Notes: generated from the letters alone by a model not told the origin. A stretch of DNA of 64,000 nt from an uncultured delta proteobacterium (GCA_963745835.1 CAVUZH010000014.1:96001-160000); one strand, 5' to 3'; counted from the stretch's first letter, positions 49,650-60,032 are shown. Program-made: numbers and translations.

Positions 49650-49752
49650 TTGACGCGCAGAAATTCTCATCAGCAGCCGCGCTGCTTCGTTTAGAGCTTC
49701 CTTCGAATTCAATCTATTCCGATTAATTGCAACGATGCGCTGTACCACTCAC

Positions 49753-49780
49753 TTGGAATTAGCGCCTTGGTCAGTATAAT
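49753..49780 (+). promoter_or_regulatory. Sigma70-like promoter that would give a near-leaderless thiolase transcript
   Basis: TTGGAA-16 bp-TATAAT ending 8 nt before ATG 49789; no Shine-Dalgarno. Confidence 0.35.
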
Positions 49781-49788
49781 TGTGTTGT

Positions 49789-51297
49789 ATGCAATCGGTT
49801 TATGTCGCCGGAATCGGTATGACGAAGTTCGGTAAGGATCCGAGGTCCTTGGCCGAGATTTGCCATGACGCGGCTCAAACGGCGCTAACCTCTTCCGAAA
49901 TACAGGAAGTGGACGCAATTTATATCGGCGCCATGAATCCGGAGGAATTTACCGGTGACAGCAATATTGCTTCGCACATTGCCGACGCCCTGGGGCTAAC
50001 TGGGATCCCGGCGGTGCGTATCGAAACTGCGTCTTCCGCCGGAGCGGCGGCGATTCAGGCCGGTTTCCAAGCCGTAGCATCAGGTTATTACCGCCGCGTT
50101 CTGATTCTCGGCGGTGAGAAGATGACCCACCTCAGCACCAGCGCGACCACAAGAGTTTTGGCCGGCGTCATCGACAAAGAGGAACGCCAGTGCGGCGCCA
50201 CCATGCCGGCGTTGGCGGCGATGATCACTGAAAAATATCGCGAGAAATTCAATCTGTCACAGTCCCGGTTGGAGACGATGTTGTGCGCCGTCGCGGTAAA
50301 GAATCACGGCAATGGCGCGCATAACCCGATGGCGCAATTTCAGAAGCCGATCAGCCGCGAGACCTATCTGGCGAGCAAATACGTCGCCACCCCGCTGCGT
50401 CTTTATGACTGTTCGCCGATTACCGACGGCGCCGCGGCAGTCGTGCTTACCGGCGAAAAAACAGACGTGCGGTTGGCGGGCGTCGGTCAGGGAACCGGCC
50501 CGCTCAGCCTGCGAGGACGAGAGATTTTTACCTCATTTCCAGCCACCCGGATGGCGGCAGCGCGCGCCTATCAGATGGCTGAGACTTCGCCGCAGGGAAT
50601 CGAGTTTGCCGAGGTGCACGATGCGTTCACCCCCTTCGAAATTATCACCACCGAGGATTTAGGTTTTTTTGCCCCAGGCAAAGGCGGCGATGCGGTCCTG
50701 GAAGGCGTCACCGCAATCGACGGACGGTTGCCGGTAAACCCGTCAGGCGGTTTGAAAGCGCGCGGACATCCCGTCGGGGCGAGCGGACTGGCGCAGATCG
50801 TCGAAGCGGTGAAAAGGCTGCGCGGCGAAAGCGGTTCAAAACATCAATTTAACCGAGGCCTGACACAGAGCACCGGCGGGCTTGCCAGCAATAACTTCGT
50901 CACCATTCTCGAGCGCACTGACGCATCGTTGCCGCGCACTTCTGGATTTCCGCAGCCCGCTCGGCAAGTCGCGAAGAGCCGCCCGGCGAAGATGCCACTG
51001 AGCAACGAGGGCGTGATCGAAACCTTCACGATCCTCTATGTCACCCCGGACGGATTTTTGCCGCCGCTGGCGCTCGCGTTGGTCCGGGAACAGAATGGTC
51101 GCCTGATCGTGGCGCAGGGAGAAGAAAGCAAACACCTGAAGATCGGCCGTGAAGTTTACCTGAAGCGAATTGAGGACTACTATCTCTTTACCCTCAAGGG
51201 ACGTTTCAAGATGGTCCAGGACTCTCTGAAAAGAAGTCTTTGGCAACGCGCCAGAGCTCTCGTAAGAAAGCCGATCCCTGCAGACGGTAAATTATAA
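49789..51297 (+). CDS. SCP2/archaeal-type thiolase-fold protein fused to a C-terminal OB-fold (DUF35-like) domain
   Basis: GIGMTKFG, DCSPITDGAAAV, EVHDAF, VNPSGGLKARGHPVGASG; ETASSAG at the usual ExACASG site; C-terminal GVIETFT..P.GF..PLALALV. Confidence 0.82.
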   Translation: MQSVYVAGIGMTKFGKDPRSLAEICHDAAQTALTSSEIQEVDAIYIGAMNPEEFTGDSNIASHIADALGLTGIPAVRIETASSAGAAAIQAGFQAVASGYYRRVLILGGEKMTHLSTSATTRVLAGVIDKEERQCGATMPALAAMITEKYREKFNLSQSRLETMLCAVAVKNHGNGAHNPMAQFQKPISRETYLASKYVATPLRLYDCSPITDGAAAVVLTGEKTDVRLAGVGQGTGPLSLRGREIFTSFPATRMAAARAYQMAETSPQGIEFAEVHDAFTPFEIITTEDLGFFAPGKGGDAVLEGVTAIDGRLPVNPSGGLKARGHPVGASGLAQIVEAVKRLRGESGSKHQFNRGLTQSTGGLASNNFVTILERTDASLPRTSGFPQPARQVAKSRPAKMPLSNEGVIETFTILYVTPDGFLPPLALALVREQNGRLIVAQGEESKHLKIGREVYLKRIEDYYLFTLKGRFKMVQDSLKRSLWQRARALVRKPIPADGKL

Positions 51298-51299
51298 TT

Positions 51300-51980
51300 A
51301 TGCTAGGCGCCAATCGAGCAGAAAAAAAATTCAGAGCGTCGGTTGAGGACGCCGCCGGCGAGATTCGAAAGGCAATCCTCCAAGGCAAGATATTGCCCGG
51401 AGAGCAGCTCTCGGAAGAAAAGCTGGCGGCCTCTCTCCGCGCCAGCCGGGTGGTGCTTCGAGAAGCGTTACGAGCATTAGAAGCGCAGGGCTATGTGACG
51501 TTTTTGCCCAATAAGCATGTAGTCGCCAGCAATCCATCGCGCGATGACATGCATGACTACTACACGATCGCCGGCGTGCTGGAAGGCTTGGCGGCGCGGC
51601 TTGCCGTAGAGAGAGCGCAGCCGGACGAGATCGCCCGCCTGCGCGAACTGCACCAGGTTCTCAGAGAAGCATGCCATAAGGGCGATGTGCTTCAGTACTT
51701 CGATGCCAACAGCAATTTTCATCGCTTCATCGCCGAGCTGTCGCACAACGAGCGGCTCTACCAGTTGATAGAGGAACTGCGGCGTGAAATTCAGAAAACC
51801 CGTCTGCTGTCGTTGCATATGCCGCAGCGACTCGACTATTCGATGCGCGAGCATGATCAGATCATGGATGCTTTTCTCAAGAAAAATCCCCAATTGGCCG
51901 AAAGCATGATGGTGCAACATCTCTCTAATCATTTGAAAGCCCTCGGAAAGGCCCTCGATTCGGGCAGCGAACCGCGCTAG
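51300..51980 (+). CDS. GntR-family (FCD) transcriptional regulator
   Basis: PGEQLSEEKLA...SRVVLREAL..LEAQG HTH; LEGLAARLA, NSNFH, EHDQI. Confidence 0.9.
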   Translation: MLGANRAEKKFRASVEDAAGEIRKAILQGKILPGEQLSEEKLAASLRASRVVLREALRALEAQGYVTFLPNKHVVASNPSRDDMHDYYTIAGVLEGLAARLAVERAQPDEIARLRELHQVLREACHKGDVLQYFDANSNFHRFIAELSHNERLYQLIEELRREIQKTRLLSLHMPQRLDYSMREHDQIMDAFLKKNPQLAESMMVQHLSNHLKALGKALDSGSEPR

Positions 51981-52224
51981 AGCGGCATCCCCTCGCGTAA
52001 CCCGCGCGCATCAAATACAGGGCACTTAACTCGCTCGTGAGTTCGATCCGGTTCTTTGTTTTGCTCATGCGCCGCTGACAATAGCCCAGCAGTTTAGTAC
52101 CTGCAGCGTAGCTGCGAGCTCAAAGCTTTAACCAGGAGATGACATCCGAACTGTTTTTGAGTAGAGTCCTCGCAATGGATTGCGTCCCGCGGCGGCCACT
52201 TCTTTTAGGCTTTGGAGGTAACGG

Positions 52225-53520
52225 TTGAATACAGCGTCTCGTGAATTTCAGATCATGGTCAAGACTGTCGGTGCCATCTGCAATCTAGATTGCCATTACT
52301 GCTATTACTTGAAAAAAGAGGAGCTTTATCCCAAGGGCTCCAACTTCCGCCTTAGTGATGAAACTCTCGAGCGCTACATCATCCAGCATATTGAGGCGAC
52401 ACCCAAAGAGATCGTCAGCTTCTCGTGGCATGGCGGCGAACCAACCCTGCTGGGCGTCGATTTTTTCCGCAAGGCCGTGGAGTTGCAAAAAAAGCACTTG
52501 CCGGCGGACAAGAAAATCATCAATGGCATTCAGACCAATGGCACGACCCTGGATGAGGAATGGTGCGAATTTTTTGCCAAAGAAACATTCTACGTTGGGC
52601 TAAGCCTGGACGGGCCGCAGGATCTGCACGACCATTACCGTGTCACCAAGGGACAGAAGCCCACCCACAAGCAAGTTGTCCACGCTTTCCACATGCTGCG
52701 CCGGCACAAAGTTCATGTCGATTTGCTGTGCGTCGTTCACGACATCAACGTGAAACATCCGATTGCCGTGTACCGCTATCTCAAAGAAATCGGCGGGCAG
52801 TACCTACAATTTCTGCCGCTGGTAGAAAAACCCGAGAAACCCGGCGATCCTGCCGGCTCGCGTTCGGTACCGGCGGCCGGTTATGGCGAATTTCTCTCGG
52901 CGATCTTCGATGAATGGGTGCGCCACGATATCGGCAAAGTTTTTATTCAGCTATTCGATGAGTCGGTGCGGCCCTTTCTCGGCATGGAGCACGCGCTCTG
53001 CATTTACCGTGAGACTTGCGGCGACGTGCCAGTCATCGAGCACAACGGCGATTTTTACTCTTGCGATCACTACGTTGAGCCAGAATACAAAATAGGCAAC
53101 ATCTATGAAAAGACTCTCGCATCGATGATCGATCATCCCGCGCAGCACGAATTCGGCAGGAAGAAATGGACGAGCCTGCCCCGGTACTGCATGGAATGCG
53201 AGGTTCGCAGCATGTGCAACGGCGGCTGCCCCAAGGACCGCTTCATTAAAACACCGGATGGCGAAGAGGGGTTGAATTATCTTTGTGCCGGACTGAAGAG
53301 CTTCTTCGTTCACAGCAAGCCCTATTTGAAAAAATTCGCGGAACTTGTCGATGCCGGCGAGGCGGGCGAAAAACTCATGCAAATCGTCCGCGCCGGTGAC
53401 GCTAAAAAGATCGTCCCTCAAGCCGGCCGCAATGATCCCTGCCCCTGCGGCAGCGGAAAAAAATACAAACGATGCTGTGGCGCCGGCAAATCCAGATCGC
53501 AGGCCTCGGTAACGCTGTAG
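52225..53520 (+). CDS. Anaerobic sulfatase-maturase-like radical SAM/SPASM protein with a C-terminal SEC-C motif
   Basis: [28 protein letters not shown]...[29 protein letters not shown]. Confidence 0.9.
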   Translation: MNTASREFQIMVKTVGAICNLDCHYCYYLKKEELYPKGSNFRLSDETLERYIIQHIEATPKEIVSFSWHGGEPTLLGVDFFRKAVELQKKHLPADKKIINGIQTNGTTLDEEWCEFFAKETFYVGLSLDGPQDLHDHYRVTKGQKPTHKQVVHAFHMLRRHKVHVDLLCVVHDINVKHPIAVYRYLKEIGGQYLQFLPLVEKPEKPGDPAGSRSVPAAGYGEFLSAIFDEWVRHDIGKVFIQLFDESVRPFLGMEHALCIYRETCGDVPVIEHNGDFYSCDHYVEPEYKIGNIYEKTLASMIDHPAQHEFGRKKWTSLPRYCMECEVRSMCNGGCPKDRFIKTPDGEEGLNYLCAGLKSFFVHSKPYLKKFAELVDAGEAGEKLMQIVRAGDAKKIVPQAGRNDPCPCGSGKKYKRCCGAGKSRSQASVTL

Positions 53521-53612
53521 GACAGCCTACGCTACGGCCCGCTAATCTCCGATAACACTCACCGGCCGGACGAGGATTACGCTCTTAAAATCAAGATCGA
53601 AGGAGTCTGCGC

Positions 53613-54503
53613 ATGAGCCTATACGACGAGATGATCGAAGGAGGCATCGACGTTCATTGCCACATCGACTTTGAATTTTCGGCCAAAGAAAGAAAGCGTG
53701 AGCCGGAATTTCTCTGGTTGCCCAAAGCCGAGGCCATGGGAATGCGCGGTGTGGTTCTCAAGTCGCATTGGTGGCCGACAATCAATGTCGTCCCTTACAT
53801 TCTTTCGTCGGTCGAGACGCGGGTCCGTTTGTGGTCCAGCGTCGCGCTCAACAGCACAGCCGGTGGTCCCAACCCATGCATCATCGAATCTTGCGCTCAG
53901 CTTGGCGGCAAAATGGTTTTTCTTCCGACTTGGAGCGCGCGCAACGATGTGGAACGCAAAGGCTTTAGCAACCGCCTCAAATCCTATTATAAGAGTCATG
54001 CGCAGCTCGATAATCCCAACTATTACTTCCTGGATGACAAAGGAAAGCTGATTCCGCTGGGCTACGAAATTATCGAGTGCTGTAAGGCGCACGACCTAAC
54101 TCTTGGCATGGGCCATGTCTCCTGGCAGGAATCCCTCGCTTTTATCGAAGCGGCGCGGGACATGGGTTATAGCCATCGGATCATCGTCAACCACGTGCAA
54201 AGCCATATCATCGCGATGCCGCTGGATGCCATGCAGCGCGCTGCCGGGATGGGAGCGTTCCTTGAGACCTGCTGGAATGCGCTTGCTCCCGGGCGGATGG
54301 ATTCACCCGAGCTCGTGCAACAGTTCCGCCAGATCGGGTTGCAGCAAATTATTGCGAGCACCGATTACTTTCGCCCGTACAGTCCGAATCCCGCCGAGCT
54401 CTTCCGGATGTTTCTTGGCATGCTGCACGAAGGCGGTCTCAGCAAAGATGAAGTAAAGCAGATCGCGTGTACCAATCCGGCAAGGTTGATGGGCTTAGAA
54501 TAG
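53613..54503 (+). CDS. Metal-dependent amidohydrolase-fold protein (DUF6282-like)
   Basis: IDVHCH, VLKSH, FLPT, MGHVS, VNH, STD, NPARLMGL. Confidence 0.75.
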   Translation: MSLYDEMIEGGIDVHCHIDFEFSAKERKREPEFLWLPKAEAMGMRGVVLKSHWWPTINVVPYILSSVETRVRLWSSVALNSTAGGPNPCIIESCAQLGGKMVFLPTWSARNDVERKGFSNRLKSYYKSHAQLDNPNYYFLDDKGKLIPLGYEIIECCKAHDLTLGMGHVSWQESLAFIEAARDMGYSHRIIVNHVQSHIIAMPLDAMQRAAGMGAFLETCWNALAPGRMDSPELVQQFRQIGLQQIIASTDYFRPYSPNPAELFRMFLGMLHEGGLSKDEVKQIACTNPARLMGLE

Positions 54504-54614
54504 AAACTCAATTACAAGCACGCTGCCCGAGGAATGACACCGACCGAAAGCTCATGGGCGCATTCATCGCTATGTCGCACCAGACTTGCGAGCTCGTTTC
54601 GGCAGACAGTTTCC

Positions 54615-54980
54615 TCAGTCTGGTTGTTTTCGTGCAAGCAACGCCTTTTCCTCATCCGGCACAACATCGGTAACCAGATCGCGAATCAGCCGGCGCTTTG
54701 GCAGTGGCTCGACGGTCACAATGCCTGGCAGCAGTTTGGCGATGCAGGTATATTCTACTTGACCATCGACTAGCGCCATGCAGGTTTTACAGGCGTTGGC
54801 GTTGATGCAGCTGTAACGAATTGCCAGTGTGCTGTCCCGGTGGATCCGGATCCAGCGTAGCGCATCGAGCACCGACATGCCGTTTTCGAAGGGAACTTCG
54901 AACTCGTCGAAGCGGGGAGCATCGCCGGGGCCACCGCGGCGGACACGCAAAACCGTTTTGTCAATCGCGACTTCAACCAT
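54615..54980 (-). CDS. 2Fe-2S protein resembling the N-terminal domain of SdhB/FrdB
   Basis: SVLDAL.WI, RYSCINANACKTC...TC, VEPL, IRDLV; no 4Fe-4S/3Fe-4S domain. Confidence 0.85.
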   Translation of the reverse strand: MVEVAIDKTVLRVRRGGPGDAPRFDEFEVPFENGMSVLDALRWIRIHRDSTLAIRYSCINANACKTCMALVDGQVEYTCIAKLLPGIVTVEPLPKRRLIRDLVTDVVPDEEKALLARKQPD

Positions 54981-56679
54981 TTCTGGGTAGCCCCGCAGTG
55001 AGCCGGACCGGAGTGACCCAGCTGGATATCAGAGCGCCGTTCTTCAGTCGCAAGACTTGATTCCGAAGATACAGCGGGTCGGGGTTCGGATAGTCTTCTC
55101 TCTGATGCGCGCCACGGCTTTCGGTTCGCGACAGCGCCGATGTTAGCACCGCTTCAGCGGTCGTCAGCATGGCACGCAATTCGAACCAATCCTGGATGTC
55201 CATATTGAACGCGCCCTGACCGGCGATCTCGAGGTCAGGCAGCTCTTGCTCGCGCATCTCGCGGATCCGATCCAAGGCCTGGGAGAGCTTTTCGCCGGTC
55301 CGAAACGGTCCGGCCTTCTCCCACATCAGCTTTTGCAGTTCGGCCTGAAGCGCAACTGGCGCGGTTCCTAGTTTAGAGCCACGCGGCGGCATCGACGCGA
55401 TCCGATCGAGAGCAACCGCCGTCAGCTTAGGGTCCCCGTTCTCTTGCATTGTCTTGGCTTGTTTGCCGGCGCATGCGCCGGCGCGCGCGCCGAAAACAAA
55501 CGCTTCCGTGATCGCATTACCGGACAAACGATTAGCGCCGTTGGCGCCGCCAACCGCTTCACCGGCCGCATACAATCCTTGAATGCAGGTTTCCATACGC
55601 GCGTTCACTCGGATACCGCCCATGTGATAGTGCGCCGTTGGACCGACTTCGACCGGCGTCTTGGTGAGGTCGATGCCGTTGGCAAGCAAGCGATCGATCA
55701 CCGGTCCGAAGGCTGCGCGCAACTGCGCTTCGGGAATGTGGCGGAAGTCGAGATAAGCTCCGCCATGCGGCGTTCCCCGGCCGGCTTCGACTTCCTTGAG
55801 AATGGCGTACGCGGCGATATCGCGAGTGGCAGTATATTTGCCAAAATCGACGGCGCCATAGCGATCGACGAATTCAACGAAGCTGCCATTAAGGAGTTTT
55901 CCGCCAAGCTTATAGCGAAAAGGATCCCACATGATCGGATCCATACCCACCAATCTCGGCGCAAGATGACCGATGGGAAAAAACTGCACGAATTCCATGT
56001 CGATCAGCTCAGCGCCGGCCCACAAAGCCAGAGCGTAAGCTTCCCCACCCATGTTCGATGATGCGCTATTACGTTCGTAAAGCTTGGTAAGGCCGCCCGC
56101 GGCAAGAATGATCGCTTTGGCATGGCAGGTGACCAGTTCGCCCGCAGCGAGATTCAATCCGATAGCGCCGATGGCGCGGCCGTCTTTAATGATAAGATCA
56201 ACCACCGCGATGTTGCTGAGGCGCCGAACTGCGGCAAGTTCGCTCACCTTGCGGCGCAGAGTAGCCGCGACGGCGGGACCGGTATTGAGAAAGTCAACGT
56301 AGCAGCAGCGCTTTCGGCTATGGCCCGGCGCTATTTCCTGCCTTATGCGGTCACCGGCACGCGCCCAGCGGGTGCCCCACTCTTCCATCTCAAGAATGCG
56401 CTCCGGCCCGTCATAGCATAACAGCGCGGACAGTTCTTCATTACAGAGCCCGCGACCCGCTTCGAGAGTATCCTTGAGATGGGTTGCGCAGTCATCCGGC
56501 TCTTCCTGCCCAAGCGCTGCGGCGACCGTCATCTGCGCCATGATGGTCGCGCCGCCGCGGCCGATCAAGCTTTTATCCAGGAGCAGCACCGAAGCGCCTT
56601 GCCGCGCGGCTGAAATCGCCCCATACATGCCCGCGCCGCCTGCGCCTACAATCAAGACATCGGTAGAGACTTGCCGCAT
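54973..56679 (-). CDS. SdhA/FrdA/NadB-family flavoprotein, substrate unknown
   Basis: GAGGAG, DMEFVQFFP, TRD, AHYHMGG, AAGE, GANRLSGNA, RTESRGAHQREDYP. Confidence 0.88.
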   Translation of the reverse strand: MRQVSTDVLIVGAGGAGMYGAISAARQGASVLLLDKSLIGRGGATIMAQMTVAAALGQEEPDDCATHLKDTLEAGRGLCNEELSALLCYDGPERILEMEEWGTRWARAGDRIRQEIAPGHSRKRCCYVDFLNTGPAVAATLRRKVSELAAVRRLSNIAVVDLIIKDGRAIGAIGLNLAAGELVTCHAKAIILAAGGLTKLYERNSASSNMGGEAYALALWAGAELIDMEFVQFFPIGHLAPRLVGMDPIMWDPFRYKLGGKLLNGSFVEFVDRYGAVDFGKYTATRDIAAYAILKEVEAGRGTPHGGAYLDFRHIPEAQLRAAFGPVIDRLLANGIDLTKTPVEVGPTAHYHMGGIRVNARMETCIQGLYAAGEAVGGANGANRLSGNAITEAFVFGARAGACAGKQAKTMQENGDPKLTAVALDRIASMPPRGSKLGTAPVALQAELQKLMWEKAGPFRTGEKLSQALDRIREMREQELPDLEIAGQGAFNMDIQDWFELRAMLTTAEAVLTSALSRTESRGAHQREDYPNPDPLYLRNQVLRLKNGALISSWVTPVRLTAGLPRNG

Positions 56680-56720
56680 CTATAAACTCCGCTCAAACGA
56701 TTCAAGGGCACCTGCGATGA

Positions 56721-57422
56721 TCAAGGCTCAAGGTTGTCGCTTTTTTGTAGCTCGTTCAGTGCTTGTTTGGCGGCTTCCTGTTCGGACTGCTTTTTTGATC
56801 TGCCTTCGCCGGTACCCAGCACCTTGCCACCGACGGAGATCTCTGTGACAAAACACTTGTCATGATCGGGACCGGTTTCGGAAAGCAAACGATAAACCGG
56901 CGGCGTTCGGAAAAGTAGTTGGCTGATTTCTTGGAGTCTGGTTTTATAATCCTGTTGGCCCAGCGTTCGTTCGATCACATCACCGGCGAAATAGCGTTCG
57001 ATGATGCGCCGAGCCGGATCGTAGCCGCCGTCCCGATAAACTCCGCCCAGTAAGGCTTCGAATGCGCCCGCAAGAATCGATTGCTTTTTTCTCCCGGCAC
57101 TGCGCTCTTCGCCCTTGCCTAAAAACAAAATGGGACCGAGCGCCAGCGCGCTGCCCTTCTCGGCCAAAACAGCAGAGTTGACCAGCCCTGCGCGCATACG
57201 CGACAGGTCGCCCTCGCTCCTCTCGGGAAAACGCCGGATCAACAAATCACTGATCGCCAGATCCAGCACTGCGTCGCCGAGAAATTCCAGGACTTCGTTA
57301 TTGGTTCCGGTTTTTTTTCGATCGTAGGAAACGTGCGTCAGAGCCTTCACCAACAGAGACGGGTCTTTGAAGCTATAACCCAGCTCCTTTTGAAGCGCTT
57401 CTAACTGTGATGAAATCTTCAA
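56721..57422 (-). CDS. rnc: Ribonuclease III
   Basis: ALTH.S, NEVLEFLGDAVL, EGDLS, FEALLG, dsRBD DYKTRLQE...GRSKKQSEQEAA. Confidence 0.93.
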   Translation of the reverse strand: MKISSQLEALQKELGYSFKDPSLLVKALTHVSYDRKKTGTNNEVLEFLGDAVLDLAISDLLIRRFPERSEGDLSRMRAGLVNSAVLAEKGSALALGPILFLGKGEERSAGRKKQSILAGAFEALLGGVYRDGGYDPARRIIERYFAGDVIERTLGQQDYKTRLQEISQLLFRTPPVYRLLSETGPDHDKCFVTEISVGGKVLGTGEGRSKKQSEQEAAKQALNELQKSDNLEP

Positions 57423-57431
57423 ATCCGCTTG

Positions 57432-58778
57432 CTATGCGCCGGCCCTGCTTCGGTCTTTGCGCTCTCCAGTACAAATGGCAGCGCCGGTCAAGCAGCCGCC
57501 AGCGAACCCGTCGATCTGTACATCCACCTCTTCATTCACCCGATAATTTCCACCGCTGACAATGATGGGCAAGTAATTCCGGCTAAAGCCGCGGCGACCG
57601 CCGCTGCCGCGATCGATCTTCTCTTCGATCAGAACCGGCATGCGCCGGCCGCGGAACGTTTGGCAGAATTGCTCTTTTTTCTGGGCTCCGAGTTGTCGCA
57701 TTCTTTGCGCGCGCGCTTTCTTGATCGGAATAGGCACTGGGTCCGGCAAGATCGACGCGGCGGTGCCGCGACGTGCCGAATACGGAAAGACGTGAAAATA
57801 AGTCAGCGGCAGCGATGCGAAGTAAGTCAATGAGCTTTCGAACTGCTCATCGCTCTCACCCGGAAAGCCGACGATGATATCACTGCCTAACGCCGCTTCG
57901 GGCAAGCGCTCGCGGGTTTTACTTAGCAGCTCGCGGTAATAGGCGGTATCATAATTGCGCCTCATCTGTTTGAGAATGGTGTCCTCGCCCGCCTGGGCGC
58001 AGACATGCAGGTGCGGGCAGATAACCTCCGAGCGGGCAATGAGATCGAGCAATCGGTCCGGCACTTCGCGCGGATCGAGAGAGCTGAGGCGAATTCGTCG
58101 AACCAGGCTGCTGTCGCCGAGCATTTCCACAAGCGCGGTGAGATCCATCTTTGGAGTTAAATCTTGGCCATATCCGCCGAGATGAATTCCGGTCAAAACG
58201 ATTTCCGCATAACCCGCATCAGCCAGCAAACGAACTTGATTCAAGACCTCCCGCGGCGCGACACTGCGACTGAGACCGCGAGCCGCCGGGATAATGCAAT
58301 ACGTACAGGTGTAGTTGCAACCTTCTTGAATCTTTAGAAATGCCCGAGTGTGTCCTGGCAAAGCCCGGGTGCCGAGGACCGGCACTCCGCGCTGACGTTG
58401 CACATCGCTGACGTGAATTCGGGGAGAATTTAAATCTGTCGTTTCGACCAGACGGACCAAGTCATCGAGCCGGTTGAGCCCGACGACAAAGTCTACCCCT
58501 GGAACTCGCGCCACCTCCGCCGGACTTACCTGCGCGTAACAACCGGTCAGCAGCACCTTGCTGCTCGGGCTCCGGCGTTTGGCGCGGCGCACCAATTGCC
58601 GGGCTTCCCAATCGGCGCGATCGGTGACCGTGCAGGTATTGATGATATAACAATCCGCTTGCTCGTCGAAAGGCACAAAGGAATGCTTCTCTTCCAAGCG
58701 CGACCGAATCACCGCCGAATCATATTGGTTGATTTTACAACCGAGTGTTGTCACTGCTATCCGCATAGGCTTAGACAA
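57432..58778 (-). CDS. mtaB: tRNA t6A methylthiotransferase MtaB
   Basis: TLGCKINQYDS, INTCTVT, KIQEGCNYTCTYCIIP, LTGIHLG, HVFPYSARRGT. Confidence 0.92.
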   Translation of the reverse strand: MSKPMRIAVTTLGCKINQYDSAVIRSRLEEKHSFVPFDEQADCYIINTCTVTDRADWEARQLVRRAKRRSPSSKVLLTGCYAQVSPAEVARVPGVDFVVGLNRLDDLVRLVETTDLNSPRIHVSDVQRQRGVPVLGTRALPGHTRAFLKIQEGCNYTCTYCIIPAARGLSRSVAPREVLNQVRLLADAGYAEIVLTGIHLGGYGQDLTPKMDLTALVEMLGDSSLVRRIRLSSLDPREVPDRLLDLIARSEVICPHLHVCAQAGEDTILKQMRRNYDTAYYRELLSKTRERLPEAALGSDIIVGFPGESDEQFESSLTYFASLPLTYFHVFPYSARRGTAASILPDPVPIPIKKARAQRMRQLGAQKKEQFCQTFRGRRMPVLIEEKIDRGSGGRRGFSRNYLPIIVSGGNYRVNEEVDVQIDGFAGGCLTGAAICTGERKDRSRAGA

Positions 58779-58805
58779 TAGGCATGAGGCAGAAGTAATA
58801 GTTGC

Positions 58806-59894
58806 TTATTCCCTAGTGGCTAATGCCTTCGAGCGAATCGCGTGTTCAATCCAGCCGCCGCCAAGGAGCTTTTCTCCGCGGTAAATGACCGCGGCCTGTC
58901 CCGGGGCTACCCCCGGATGTGGTTCATTGAAGCGCACCTGGCACGGCTTGTTTTCGGCTAGACGGATGATAGAGCGAATCGCCGGCGAACGATAACGGAC
59001 TTGCACCTGCGCTTCGAACTCTTGGGCAACGGGCGGCTCGAGCCAATTCATTCCCTCCATTGTCAGACCGCTGCAAGCAAGTTCACTTTTGATGCCCACG
59101 AGCACTCGCTTGGATGGGTGATCAATCTCGAGAACATAAGAAGGTTGCGGCGCCGCAATGCCAAGCCCGCGGCGTTGGCCAATGGTTAGGCGGTGAATGC
59201 CGTTGTGCCTGCCAAGTACTTTCCCGGAATTGTCGACAATATCGCCGCCGCCGAGATCTTTGACATTTGCATGGGATTGGACCAGCGCTTTGTAGTCGCC
59301 GAAACAGATGTCCTGGCTCTCGGGACGATCGGCCACCGATAAACCAAAGCAGCGCGCTTTTTCCCGGACCTGGTTCTTATGCATATGGCCGAGAGGAAAA
59401 ATCGTGTGCGCCAGTTGATCCTGGGAAAGAGCGAACAAGAAATACGACTGGTCTTTTGTCTTATCGACGCCACGCAGTAGTGAGGTTTGCCCGGATGCGT
59501 TGTCGCGCTCGACGCGGGCGTAATGGCCGGTGGCCACGTAGTCCGCCTGTTGCTGCTTGGCCCATTGCAGCAGGCTGCCGAGCTTGAAATCGCGATTGCA
59601 GGCCACGCACGGATTGGGCGTGCGGCCGCGAATATACTCCTGCGTAAACGGTTTAACGACGGTTTCGACGAACTGCGAACGCAAATCCAAAAGCTCGTGA
59701 GGAATGCCAAGGAACTCCGCGACCTCCTTGGCGCCGCGATGGTCGGAACAAACGCGCGGGCCGAGCCGTCCTTCCCACATACGCAGCGACACGCCTTGCA
59801 CGTCGTAGCCTTGCTCCACCAGCAAGCCCGCTGTGACCGAACTGTCGACGCCGCCGCTCATGGCAACGACAATCTTTGGCTTTCTCTTACTCAT
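58806..59894 (-). CDS. mnmA: tRNA 2-thiouridine(34) synthase MnmA
   Basis: AMSGGVDSS, TPNPCVACN, ATGHY, KDQSYFL, ESQDICF, TIGQRRGL, PGQ. Confidence 0.95.
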   Translation of the reverse strand: MSKRKPKIVVAMSGGVDSSVTAGLLVEQGYDVQGVSLRMWEGRLGPRVCSDHRGAKEVAEFLGIPHELLDLRSQFVETVVKPFTQEYIRGRTPNPCVACNRDFKLGSLLQWAKQQQADYVATGHYARVERDNASGQTSLLRGVDKTKDQSYFLFALSQDQLAHTIFPLGHMHKNQVREKARCFGLSVADRPESQDICFGDYKALVQSHANVKDLGGGDIVDNSGKVLGRHNGIHRLTIGQRRGLGIAAPQPSYVLEIDHPSKRVLVGIKSELACSGLTMEGMNWLEPPVAQEFEAQVQVRYRSPAIRSIIRLAENKPCQVRFNEPHPGVAPGQAAVIYRGEKLLGGGWIEHAIRSKALATRE

Positions 59895-60032
59895 CAGACT
59901 CTGAGAAGTTTTTTATTTCAGCTCTTGAATAGAACGGAACCCGGAGGCGCAACGAAACAATTTAAAGGCGCATTATTTTCGCCGAGAAAATTGCTCCTTC
60001 TCACCGGATGCCGGCTTGGCAGCTCGCGCTAT

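Noticed and set aside
52225-53520. Radical SAM/SPASM as a RiPP maturase
   Set aside because: Motifs fit the anaerobic sulfatase-maturase clade; no RRE domain or adjacent precursor seen
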